DNA of 48,435 bases from an uncultured Desulfobacteraceae bacterium. GTDB lineage: Bacteria > Desulfobacterota > DSM-4660 > Desulfatiglandales > B25-G16. The notes beneath the pieces are model-generated. The model did not search any database, was not told the origin of the DNA, and worked only from the letters and a program-made list of their open reading frames with translations. This document shows positions 20,485 through 28,669 of the stretch, piece by piece. Position 1 is the first letter of the stretch; the number at the start of each line of letters is the position of its first letter. Location: positions 1 to 48,435 of the forward strand of contig CAYMFC010000002.1 in assembly GCA_964389665.1 (NCBI GenBank). Direction: 5' to 3'. Both the position numbers and the translations under genes were made by a program.

Positions 20485-22215
20485 TTAAAGCATTTTCCAT
20501 ACAAAGGCAAGTGCCCCGGCAAAAAGGAGATTGCCCTCCACAATAGCCTGTAAGCAAGGTCCGTCCTTTATCCACTCCCTCCAGTATGCCCCGATATACA
20601 CCACTGCGATCAGGAAGCAGATGATGAGGGGGTAGCCCAGAGATGAAACGAAACCAGTGTCTGCCGTAAGCAGCAGCAGGCATGCACCGATTGCGTTCAC
20701 CAGAAACAAGAGCCTCAAGGCCCTTCCTTCCCCCATCGCAATCGGGAGTGTCTCCTTACCAACGATCAAATCCCCTTGTATGTTGAGGATATCGAATATT
20801 CCTGCCCGCACGTAACACATAGAGGATACAAACAGGAAGGATACCAAAATCCCGGGCCATAAAGGCCTCGGCCACCCAATAAAGGGGAACACCGAGCTTA
20901 TGGTTCCCCACGCCAATGCCTCCACCAACGTCTTTGACCCCGGTAGATCTTTTATCTTCGTGTATCGCCCGAGATATCCTACTCTCAGCGGTATGATCGG
21001 CATGCTATATGCCAATCCCAAAAAGGTGAGCGCGAGAAAGAGCAAAACCTGGACGAAACCGAGCGAGAGGGAGAGGAAAAGTCCTGTGCCTATCGTTGCC
21101 AGCGATGTAGTCACGAGAAAACCTCGATGCTTGGTATAGAAAAGGGCTATGCCGGGATCGTTGTATGTGCCGGCTTCCTTATCCAGAAATCGGTTCAGCA
21201 CGTGCATGCTGTACACATAGAGCAGGGCAATGAAGGGGTAAATAAGCGGTGCCCTGCCCATGGAGAGCACAAGACCTGCATAGGTCAGGGAGAATGCCCC
21301 GATGGACTCAGGAATTGTTATCACCGTGAGGAACCGAAGGGCTCTACCCGATAAATTCCCAAAGGAATATCGCCCTTTCTGACCCATGGCTTTTACTCTC
21401 TCCATCACCTTTTTTATCATCCAGTTGGGGGTTGAGGCACCAGCAGTGACACCAACTGTTTCGGCCGAGCCAAACCATGAGCTCTCCAGCTCCTTCTCGG
21501 TCTCCACATGAAAGGTGGGTATTCCCATAGATTTCGAAATTTCATACAACCGCCGCGTGTTGCCGCTGTTGCTGCCGCCGACCACCACCATGCTATCCAC
21601 CTCCGATGCCAAGGCCCTCACTTCCCTCTGCCGTTTATACGTTTCATGGCAAATCGTATCAAAGATTACCGCCTCCGGGTAACGATTCTTGATGGCATTT
21701 ACGGTGGTCCAATAATCGTCCACATTTTGTGTGGTTTGCGACACCACAACCAGCGGGTCATCCTCGGGCAACCTCTCCACATCCCTCGGGGAACGTATCA
21801 CGATACTGTCACCTGCTCCGTAACCCATCAATCCAATGACCTCAGGATGTCTGGCATCTCCAAATATGACAGGCGTATACCCCCTGTTGTGGTATTTCTT
21901 TATAATCGCTTGCACCTTTCCAACACGAGGACACGTGGCATCTATTATCCTGAAATTGGAGTTTCTTATCCTTTCCCTCTCTGCCGGCGAAATACCATGC
22001 GCTCTAATGATGATCCTTCCTTCCTCGCGCTTCTCTATATTCTCCTTGACGTCCACGCCCTTTGATCGGAGCAAATCCAAGACCTGCTGATTATGGATCA
22101 ATGGTCCGTAAGTAAAAAGCTTTCCATCGCCTTTGTTGGCCTCAGATAGGGCAATCTCCATAGCCCTTCTAACACCCATACAGAATCCCGCACTCTTGGC
22201 CAATCTAACCTTCAC
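20485..22215 (-). CDS. ispH: Fusion: 4-hydroxy-3-methylbut-2-enyl diphosphate reductase (IspH) + UbiA-superfamily membrane prenyltransferase domain
   Basis: The N-terminal roughly 285 aa of this 576-aa ORF carry the IspH motifs and the three cluster Cys (GFCMGV, DATCPRV, DTICHET, GASTPNW). The C-terminal roughly 290 aa are polytopic and carry UbiA-type Asp-rich motifs (NRFLDKEAGTYND and FDILNIQGDLIVGKETLPI). Confidence 0.85.
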   Translation of the reverse strand: MKVRLAKSAGFCMGVRRAMEIALSEANKGDGKLFTYGPLIHNQQVLDLLRSKGVDVKENIEKREEGRIIIRAHGISPAERERIRNSNFRIIDATCPRVGKVQAIIKKYHNRGYTPVIFGDARHPEVIGLMGYGAGDSIVIRSPRDVERLPEDDPLVVVSQTTQNVDDYWTTVNAIKNRYPEAVIFDTICHETYKRQREVRALASEVDSMVVVGGSNSGNTRRLYEISKSMGIPTFHVETEKELESSWFGSAETVGVTAGASTPNWMIKKVMERVKAMGQKGRYSFGNLSGRALRFLTVITIPESIGAFSLTYAGLVLSMGRAPLIYPFIALLYVYSMHVLNRFLDKEAGTYNDPGIALFYTKHRGFLVTTSLATIGTGLFLSLSLGFVQVLLFLALTFLGLAYSMPIIPLRVGYLGRYTKIKDLPGSKTLVEALAWGTISSVFPFIGWPRPLWPGILVSFLFVSSMCYVRAGIFDILNIQGDLIVGKETLPIAMGEGRALRLLFLVNAIGACLLLLTADTGFVSSLGYPLIICFLIAVVYIGAYWREWIKDGPCLQAIVEGNLLFAGALAFVWKML

Positions 22216-23222
22216 GATAAGCCCTCTTCCTGCATGCGCCCGAAGTAGGCGTGTATTGTGGCGAGAAGCCTCTCCTTCCCGTTGACTTCCGAAACCAGGC
22301 CTTTGAGAAATGCCCGGTTCGGGAGGCCTTTCGTGTAAAGGAGCAACAGGCCCCTCATGAGCTGGGTAGCCCTCTTCTCGCCGATATATCCTATGAGAAG
22401 CTCATAGTGCCTTTTGATCAAACGATGCCTGTCGTGGAGTCCAGGCGTTGCGAAGCTCCCCCGTTGTTCCAGTTCCAGGGTCTGTTTGAATATCCACGGA
22501 TTAGACAGTGCTGCCCTTCCTATCATAACCCCGTCACAGTTCGTCTCAGAGCGCATCTGTAAGGCCAAGGATGGCGCGCTTACGTCCCCGTTTCCGATAA
22601 CGGGTATCTTCAGTGCTTCTTTCATCCTCTTGATCAAGGTCCAATCAGCCTTTCCGCAAAATCCCTGGCTGGCAAACCGCGGATGGATGCAGATCCCATC
22701 CGCGCCGCATCCCTCGATCACCCTTGCGATCTCAAGGGCATTCGCCTCCTGTGGCGACCACCCAGCCCTTATTTTCACGGTCAACGGCACTGGGATAGAG
22801 CGTCGCACTGCAGTAAGTATCTTTGCGGTCTTCTGCGGATCTCGCATCAGGGCAGCCCCTGATCCAGTCTTCACGACCTTTTTTGCGGGGCATCCCATGT
22901 TGATATCTATCACATCGATCCCCGTATCTGCTACGATCCGCGCGGATGTTGCCATGACGTCCGCTTCGCTCCCGAATAACTGCGCAGCGATAGGCCTTTC
23001 ATCTGGATGGGTAGCCACATACGAACAGGTCTTTGCCTGTCCCCTGGAAAGCCCCGTAGCGCTGATCATTTCGGTGCTCACCAGCCCTGCCCCCATCTCT
23101 TTTGCGATCAGACGGAAGGGGAGATTGGTCTTGCCTGACATGGGCGCCATAACCAGCCAATTTCTCAACTGCAATGTCCCGATCTTCAACATATGGATAT
23201 TATAAACGAATACTGAGCTCAT
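22212..23222 (-). CDS. dus: tRNA-dihydrouridine synthase (DusB-like)
   Basis: The 336-aa ORF has the motifs LVMAPMSGKTNLPFR, DINMGCP and the TIM-barrel FMN motif GNGD. The start may instead be the internal MLKIG. The stop overlaps the start of the ispH fusion. Confidence 0.87.
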   Translation of the reverse strand: MSSVFVYNIHMLKIGTLQLRNWLVMAPMSGKTNLPFRLIAKEMGAGLVSTEMISATGLSRGQAKTCSYVATHPDERPIAAQLFGSEADVMATSARIVADTGIDVIDINMGCPAKKVVKTGSGAALMRDPQKTAKILTAVRRSIPVPLTVKIRAGWSPQEANALEIARVIEGCGADGICIHPRFASQGFCGKADWTLIKRMKEALKIPVIGNGDVSAPSLALQMRSETNCDGVMIGRAALSNPWIFKQTLELEQRGSFATPGLHDRHRLIKRHYELLIGYIGEKRATQLMRGLLLLYTKGLPNRAFLKGLVSEVNGKERLLATIHAYFGRMQEEGLS

Positions 23223-23319
23223 TACAATCCCATAACCAGCCTCTCTTTCTTGTCCTTGACTTCACTCGCGCTTTCACCTATGTGTATGAACATAGATTGT
23301 GCTGTATGGGAGGGCTAAA

Positions 23320-23850
23320 ATGGCCACAGAATTGAAGGAACGGATAGAGATTGTTGAGGGCAATATCACTAAGATGGACGTCGATGCCATTGTGAACGCC
23401 GCCAACACCACCCTGTTGGGCGGTGGGGGAGTTGACGGGGCCATACACAGGGCAGCAGGCCCGGAGCTTCTCGAGGAAACGAGGTTGATAGGCGGCTGTC
23501 CCACAGGGGAAGCCCGTGTCACCAAGGGCTATCGGCTCCCTGCTCGCTGGGTAATCCACACCGTAGGCCCGATCTGGACTGGTGGAAACAAGGATGAGGA
23601 TGCCCTGCTGGCCGGCTGTTACCGAAACTCCCTAAAGGCAGCCGTTGAGATCGGAGCTGCCACAGTGGCCTTTCCGTCCATAAGCACCGGTGCCTACCGG
23701 TTTCCTCTGGAAAGGGCTGTCCGCATTGCTCTGAGGGAGATAAAATCCTTCCTTAAGGCCGATCGATCTTTACACAAGGTGACCTTGGTCTGCTTCGGCA
23801 GCGAGGTCTATAGGGCCTACCAGGAGGCACTTGATGAGGCCTTTGATTGA
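23320..23850 (+). CDS. Macro-domain protein (O-acetyl-ADP-ribose deacetylase, YmdB-like)
   Basis: The ORF has the motifs DAIVNAANTTLLGGGGVDGAIHRAAG and AFPSISTGAYRFP. I chose the ATG at 23320 because it follows a GGAGGG RBS, whereas the track ORF begins at 23299. Confidence 0.88.
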   Translation: MATELKERIEIVEGNITKMDVDAIVNAANTTLLGGGGVDGAIHRAAGPELLEETRLIGGCPTGEARVTKGYRLPARWVIHTVGPIWTGGNKDEDALLAGCYRNSLKAAVEIGAATVAFPSISTGAYRFPLERAVRIALREIKSFLKADRSLHKVTLVCFGSEVYRAYQEALDEAFD

Positions 23851-24000
23851 TGGAAGTGCACATATCAAACCGCAAACAGGTTGCTCGATAAGATCTCTTG
23901 TAAGTCCGCCAACATCCTTCAGGTCAGTGGCCATCCAGCGGCGGTATTTGTGTGAAGCCGATCCCTTTGGGCGTTGATCCCCATTACGTCATCTCCAATT

Positions 24001-24146
24001 ATGACAAACTCGTAAAAAGTCGTATCCGTTGAGTCTGTCATTTCGACTGCAAGGAGAAATCTTGTATTTTCAGCATGTTATATTGATAAGATTTCTCGCT
24101 TCGCTCGAAATGACACGCTATTGAGACTTTTTACGAAACCATCAAT
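24001..24146. repeat. Palindromic intergenic repeat family 1, copy A (MITE-like, ~146 bp)
   Basis: This copy is near-identical to 37578-37723, with about 3 mismatches in the core. It has nested inverted repeats: CGTAAAAAGTC/GACTTTTTACG, GTCATTTCGA/TCGAAATGAC and GAGAAATCTT/AAGATTTCTC. Confidence 0.85.
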
Positions 24147-24334
24147 TATCAGTGGGCTTGATTTCCCTTGATACGCTAAAATACGGTTGCCATGCAGCGA
24201 GCTTTGTATTAAAAATAACCACCCCTAAGTTGGGTTGCTGAAAACGAAACGTCTTCATAGCTCAAGATCCTATCCTCTACCCAGTGATGAACAGAATCTC
24301 TTTGAAGACGCCCCTTGGAACATGAAGGGAGATT

Positions 24335-26644
24335 GTGGGAAAAACATACGGCAATATCCTGGATGAGATCGGAAACACGCCTCTCGTGCCTATCGGTCGT
24401 TTAACCAAGAACCTCGGCGTGGCGGTGTATGCCAAGCTCGAGTCCTTCAATCCAGGGGGCTCTATCAAGGACAGGGTGGCGCTGTCGATGATTGAGGATG
24501 CCGAGCAGAACGGCCGGTTAACCAGGGAAAAGGTGATTATTGAGGCCACGAGCGGCAATACCGGTATCGGCCTCGCCCTCGTTGCCGCGATCAAGGGTTA
24601 CCGGCTCGTGCTCACTATGTCGGACTCGGTGAGTGAGGAACGGAAAAAGATCCTCGCGGCTTTGGGAGCGGAACTCAGGTTCACCCCGTCTCATCTTGGC
24701 ACCGATGGAGCAATCGAAGATGCCTACAACCTGGTTCGGCAAGAGCCGGAAAAATACTGGCTCGCGGACCAATTCAACAATGAGAGCAACTGGATGGCCC
24801 ATTATCGTGGAACTGCCGTCGAAATCTGGGAACAGACAGGCGGAAAAGTCTCTACGGTTGTCGCTGCCATGGGCACCACGGGCACTATAGTAGGCCTCTC
24901 ACGGAGGCTGAAGGAATACAATCCCCACATTGAGATAGTGGGGGTTGAGCCCTATCTGGGTCATAAGATTCAGGGAATGAAGAATCTCAAGGAATCATAT
25001 CGCCCTGAGATATTCGATAAAGCCCTCCTGGACCGTATCGTTCATATCGATGACGAGGTTGCCTTCCAGGTAGCAAGGAGGCTCGCCAAAGAGGAAGGCA
25101 TCTTCGTCGGCATGAGTTCCGGTGCAGCTATGGCCGCAGCCCTTAATGCGGCACATGAGATGAAGCAAGGCGTCGTGGTGGTGATATGTCCCGACGGCGG
25201 CGAACGATACCTGAGCACCAACCTGTTTACCGACCGAAAAAGGACTGGTATCAGGTTCTATAACACGCTCAGTAGGCAAATTAATGAATTCACCCCCATA
25301 AGGGAAAATGAGGTCACGATCTATTCCTGTGGACCTACCGTGTCGAAATTAATAGATATCGCGGAGTGCAGGAGGTACGTGGTCGCAGATATTCTGAGGC
25401 GCTATCTCGAATATAAGGGGTTTGACGTCACCCATATCATCAATATCACCGATCTGGACGATCGAACCATTCAGGGAGCAGAGGCCGCAGGGAAAGATCT
25501 AAAGACCTTTACCGACACCTATTACCAGGAGTTCCTCGAGGATATGGACGCCCTCAATGTCAAGAGGGCCGCCAAGTATCCCAGGGCAAGCGCGCATGTG
25601 GGAGAGATGATAGACACCGCTGAAAAGCTTATAGAGCGGGGCTTCGCCTATGAACGATTGCGCTCAGTCTATTTCGACATATCCCGTTTCCAGGACTATG
25701 GCAAGCTTTCCAGGGTGAACCTGGACAAGATCAAGGTAGGGAAAACGGTGGACCTGGATCAGTACGAAAAGGACAATCCGAGGGATTTCACGCTTCTCAA
25801 GAGGTCTACCCTCCATGAACTCAAGAAAGGTCTGTTCTTCTCCACCAAATGGGGTAACCTGCGTCCCAGCTGGCATATAGAATGCGCTACAATAGCCATG
25901 AAATACCTCGGCGAAACCTATGATATTCATACCGGGGGTGTCGATTTGATCTTTCCGCATCACGAAAACGACATAGCCATTTCAGAGGCCATTACCGGCA
26001 AGCCATTGGCAAACTACTGGCTTCACAATGAGCTGATCCGTGAGGAACAAGCGCCTGACCCACAAGAGACAAAGGCTGCCACACTCAGGGAAGTACTCCA
26101 GAAGGGATACCGCGGCAGGGATATCAGGTACTGGCTCATGCAGACCCACTACAAAAGGGCAATCTACTTTTCATGGGCAAAGCTGGCCATGGCGAGAAAT
26201 ACGGTTGCCCGTCTGGATAGATTCATCCATGCGCTCCGCACCTGCAAGAAGGGATCGGCTTCAGGCGAGATCAATCAGCTCATCTACGATCTTACCCGAA
26301 GCTTTGGCGAGGCAATGGATGAGGATCTAAATATTTCCCAGGCCCTGGCAGCGTTCTTCGGATTTACCCGTAAGGTCAACCGCCTCATTGACTCACATGG
26401 ATTAGCCCCGTCTGATCGAGAAAAGATCGAAGAGCTACTCGCTAGGATCAACTCTGTGCTCATGGTGATGGACCTCTCCGAGGTGCAATCAAACCAACAG
26501 ATAGAGGAATTGTTGAGGGAAAGAAGGGATGCGAGGGAACTCAGGGATTGGGCACGGGCAGACGCGATACGAGAGAAGCTGAAGGAATTGGGAATTGCGG
26601 TGCTCGACACACCGGATGGAACCACCTGGCATAGAATTCTCTGA
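24335..26644 (+). CDS. Fusion: PLP-dependent cysteine synthase (CysK/CysM-like) + CysRS-like domain lacking HIGH and KMSKS
   Basis: The 769-aa ORF has a GTG start after GAAGGGAG. Residues 1-300 carry the PLP Lys motif GGSIKDR plus TSGNTGIGLA, GTTGT and GMSSGAA. Residues 306-769 are collinear with cysteinyl-tRNA synthetase (YSCGPTV, NITDLDD, WHIECA, GGVDLIFPHHEND, C-terminal DGTTW). The HIGH position reads DIAE, and the KMSKS position reads an unrelated EEQAPDPQETK. Confidence 0.85.
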   Translation: MGKTYGNILDEIGNTPLVPIGRLTKNLGVAVYAKLESFNPGGSIKDRVALSMIEDAEQNGRLTREKVIIEATSGNTGIGLALVAAIKGYRLVLTMSDSVSEERKKILAALGAELRFTPSHLGTDGAIEDAYNLVRQEPEKYWLADQFNNESNWMAHYRGTAVEIWEQTGGKVSTVVAAMGTTGTIVGLSRRLKEYNPHIEIVGVEPYLGHKIQGMKNLKESYRPEIFDKALLDRIVHIDDEVAFQVARRLAKEEGIFVGMSSGAAMAAALNAAHEMKQGVVVVICPDGGERYLSTNLFTDRKRTGIRFYNTLSRQINEFTPIRENEVTIYSCGPTVSKLIDIAECRRYVVADILRRYLEYKGFDVTHIINITDLDDRTIQGAEAAGKDLKTFTDTYYQEFLEDMDALNVKRAAKYPRASAHVGEMIDTAEKLIERGFAYERLRSVYFDISRFQDYGKLSRVNLDKIKVGKTVDLDQYEKDNPRDFTLLKRSTLHELKKGLFFSTKWGNLRPSWHIECATIAMKYLGETYDIHTGGVDLIFPHHENDIAISEAITGKPLANYWLHNELIREEQAPDPQETKAATLREVLQKGYRGRDIRYWLMQTHYKRAIYFSWAKLAMARNTVARLDRFIHALRTCKKGSASGEINQLIYDLTRSFGEAMDEDLNISQALAAFFGFTRKVNRLIDSHGLAPSDREKIEELLARINSVLMVMDLSEVQSNQQIEELLRERRDARELRDWARADAIREKLKELGIAVLDTPDGTTWHRIL

Positions 26645-26708
26645 ATGTCCCTTCCCAGCGATTATCGCTGTAAGCCATGTGGCGCCTTCCAGCAGAGTCC
26701 AATTCTTG

Positions 26709-26802
26709 TGGCGGAGAGAGAGGGATTCGAACCCTCGGTAGAGCTTTTGACCCTACACTCACTTAGCAGGCGAGCGCCTTCAGCCATCTCGGCCATCTCT
26801 CC
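26709..26802 (-). tRNA. tRNA-Ser (anticodon GCU)
   Basis: I folded the reverse complement by hand. The acceptor is GGAGAGA/TCTCTCC, the anticodon stem is CTCGC/GTGAG with loop CTGCTAA, there is a long variable arm, and the T-arm is GAGGG-TTCGAAT-CCCTC. CCA is encoded. Confidence 0.9.
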
Positions 26803-26862
26803 GCAAATTCCCCATACACAGAACTATTATTTGCCCCAATAAAAATAGCTACGTTCCTTTTC

Positions 26863-26950
26863 TGGCGGAGGGAGTAGGATTCGAACCCACGGAGCATTGC
26901 TGCTCAACGGTTTTCAAGACCGCCTCCTTCAACCACTCGGACATCCCTCC
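26863..26950 (-). tRNA. tRNA-Ser (anticodon UGA)
   Basis: In the reverse complement the acceptor is GGAGGGA/TCCCTCC, the anticodon stem is GCGGT/ACCGT with loop CTTGAAA, there is a long variable arm, and the T-loop is TTCGAAT. CCA is encoded. Confidence 0.92.
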
Positions 26951-27105
26951 ATTGTTGTCGTATATACCATACGAGGGGAAATCCGTCAAAATTTTTTCAA
27001 AAAATCCAAGGTATGAACTATGTCGTCTCTCCTTTTCCGGCACCGAAGTTTTGATGGTTTGCCCTTTTTAATTACCCGTGGTTGCGATCGTACGATTCTT
27101 TATGA

Positions 27106-27134
27106 TTGACAGTAAGACTAATTTATCTTACTAA
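27106..27134 (+). promoter_or_regulatory. Putative promoter/operator of the mazEF-like operon
   Basis: TTGACA (27106-11) is followed by a 17-nt spacer and TACTAA (27129-34). An inverted repeat, AGTAAGA (27111-17) / TCTTACT (27127-33), spans the spacer, as expected for antitoxin autoregulation. Confidence 0.4.
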
Positions 27135-27171
27135 TAGGTAGCATGAAATATGAGCAAAAGGGGTGGGAAAA

Positions 27172-27414
27172 ATGAAATCAACAAAGGGAAAGGTCAGTAT
27201 TTCGCTGGATGCCTCCATTTTGCAGGACATTAAGATGTACTCTAAGTCTAAAAAGGTTTCCAGGAGCCAGGTAATTGAGAGTATCCTTAAAACGTGGCAG
27301 GCCGAGATCAAGAAACGGGAAATGATCGAGGGCTATAAGGCCATGACCCAAGAAAATACCCGAATTGCAGAAGATTTTTCCTCCTTAGCCCAAGAGGTGT
27401 GGCCTGATGAATAG
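27172..27414 (+). CDS. Ribbon-helix-helix (CopG/MazE-type) antitoxin
   Basis: The RHH pattern is KVSISLDASILQDIKMYSKSKKVSRSQVIESILKTW. I prefer the ATG at 27172 after AAAGGGG, whereas the track ORF starts at the GTG at 27163. It overlaps the toxin start by 8 bp. Confidence 0.75.
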   Translation: MKSTKGKVSISLDASILQDIKMYSKSKKVSRSQVIESILKTWQAEIKKREMIEGYKAMTQENTRIAEDFSSLAQEVWPDE

Positions 27415-27754
27415 ATTCCCTAAGCGCGGTGAGATTTGGCTAATCCAATTCGATCCGAAAGTCGGCTCCGAACAAGGAGGAACACGTCATGGTGTTATCT
27501 TACAAAACGATATTGGCAACGAGCACAGCCCTACGACGATTGTTGCCGCATTGACCACCACGATTCGTCAAATGCCCATCCACGTGTATCTGGACAAATC
27601 AGATGGAGTAGATCGCCCATCCATGCTCCTTTTGGAGCAGATTCACACCATTGACAAAAAAAGACTGGTAAAAAAAGTTGGCAGGATAAGGGATGAAAAA
27701 TTCAAAGAAATTTATGAAGCGGTCCTCTATAGCCTGGGATTTAAGGAGCTATAG
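27407..27754 (+). CDS. mazF: MazF/PemK-family endoribonuclease toxin
   Basis: The 115-aa ORF has the motifs PKRGEIWLIQFDPKVGSEQGGTRHGVILQND, PTTIVAALTT and LLLEQIHTIDKKRL, which are typical of PemK/MazF. Confidence 0.9.
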   Translation: MNRFPKRGEIWLIQFDPKVGSEQGGTRHGVILQNDIGNEHSPTTIVAALTTTIRQMPIHVYLDKSDGVDRPSMLLLEQIHTIDKKRLVKKVGRIRDEKFKEIYEAVLYSLGFKEL

Positions 27755-27833
27755 GATAATCTCACTACAATTAGGTTAGAATTTGAAACCTTGTAAAACA
27801 CTCCAAGTCCTTAGGATGAATTAAGACACAGTG

Positions 27834-27860
27834 TTGACTTTTACAAAATTGTAATACAAT
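27834..27860 (+). promoter_or_regulatory. Putative promoter/operator of the vapB-like gene
   Basis: TTGACT (27834-39) is followed by a 15-nt spacer and TACAAT (27855-60). The inverted repeat TTACAA-aa-TTGTAA (27841-54) lies within the spacer. Confidence 0.35.
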
Positions 27861-27891
27861 AGGTGAAACAAAGTGTTACGAGGTGATCGCA

Positions 27892-28185
27892 ATGAGCGTT
27901 TTGACCCTCAGAATAGAGAAAGAATTTCTCAAAAAATTGGATAGTATCTCTAAGGCAAGGGGCACGAATAGGAGCGCTCTCGTTAAAGAAATCCTGCAAA
28001 AGGCCTTGGAACAAGAAGGGCTGCCTGTAGACCAGGCAACTGTTGCCATGAAAAAAGGGGGAAAGCCCGATGTAGAAATAGATCGGGAAACGATAGACAG
28101 GGAACTGGAAAGGAGTAGCCCGTTTTTTTCCTCAATTGAAGAAGCAATGGGCCATAGCAGGAAGAGGGTATGGAAAAAAGGGTAA
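27892..28185 (+). CDS. Ribbon-helix-helix (CopG/VapB-type) antitoxin
   Basis: The RHH pattern is LTLRIEKEFLKKLDSISKARGTNRSALVKEILQKAL. I prefer the ATG at 27892 after GAGGTGA. It overlaps the PIN ORF start by 16 bp. Confidence 0.7.
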   Translation: MSVLTLRIEKEFLKKLDSISKARGTNRSALVKEILQKALEQEGLPVDQATVAMKKGGKPDVEIDRETIDRELERSSPFFSSIEEAMGHSRKRVWKKG

Positions 28186-28627
28186 AGGTTTTTATCGATA
28201 CGGATGTATACGTCATTGAAAGGAGATACACAAGGGATACGAAGTATCAAGAAACCGTGCGATTCATAGAAAGAGCGGTAAATAATGAGATCATCGCCTA
28301 TACCTCTATCTATAATCTATTAGAATTTTGTGGGATCCTATCATTTAATCTCAGCGCTGAAAGCACCGTAATGCTCTACCTTGGTTTTGCAAGAAAGTTT
28401 AATACCAACCATATTGTTCCCGGAGGAGGATGCCAGATTAGTATGTTTTGACCCCAAATCCATACTGGACCATATAAAGGGGAAGATGAGCTTCGGTGAT
28501 GCCGTTGATAACTTTCATAGTCGATAAAAATAAAAAAATCCTCGATGCCTTTGTGACATGGAACGTGGCGCATTTTAAGGACAAAGTAACGGTAGCTGTT
28601 CTGAATCCAAATGAAGTGATGCCTTAA
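28170..28627 (+). pseudogene. PIN-domain (VapC-like) toxin pseudogene with at least two frameshifts
   Basis: Frame 1 (28170-28451) gives the N-terminal PIN elements VFIDTDV and YTSIYNLLEF. The remainder is only readable after shifting frames. Frame 2 reads ...FDPKSILDHIKGKMSFGDA to about 28500. A third frame reads (P)LITFIVDKNKKILDAFVTWNVAHFKD... to the TAA at 28625-27. Confidence 0.65.
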
Positions 28628-28669
28628 GAATAGAAACACAGGGGAAACATTGAACAACGAGGTCAAAAA

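Noticed and set aside
20568-20576. A DnaA-box-like TTATCCACT could hint at oriC, given parAB/parS and rsmG in the window.
   Set aside because: It is a single occurrence inside the coding sequence of the ispH fusion. I saw no cluster of boxes, no AT-rich DUE and no dnaA gene.
22414-23205. There are long antisense ORFs opposite real genes. Examples are 22414-23205 (+), 14063-14698 (-), 34356-34982 (+), 43050-43667 (-), 45052-45804 (+), 47224-47799 (+) and 12134-12697 (-).
   Set aside because: Each lies entirely inside a gene with strong family motifs on the other strand. Their translations are low-complexity or Arg/Ser/Pro-rich with no recognisable motifs and no RBS. They are typical shadow ORFs of moderately GC-rich coding DNA.
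26036-26080. Loss of KMSKS in the CysRS-like domain could have been caused by a local double frameshift or a sequencing error.
   Set aside because: The segment between the conserved YWLHN and LREVL anchors has the same length as in canonical CysRS. Both alternative frames contain stops and no KMSKS-like peptide. The HIGH motif is independently lost about 680 nt upstream.
26709-26802. The unusually long tRNA could have been a selenocysteine tRNA.
   Set aside because: The anticodon loop reads CTGCTAA, giving anticodon GCU and not UCA. The acceptor stem is 7 bp with a normal T-arm. The extra length comes from the class-II variable arm of tRNA-Ser.
26645-27043. ORFs 26645-26842 (+), 26541-26762 (-) and 26849-27043 (-) lie around 26.6-27.0 kb.
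   Set aside because: They overlap the two hand-folded tRNA-Ser genes and are artefacts of translating tRNA sequence.
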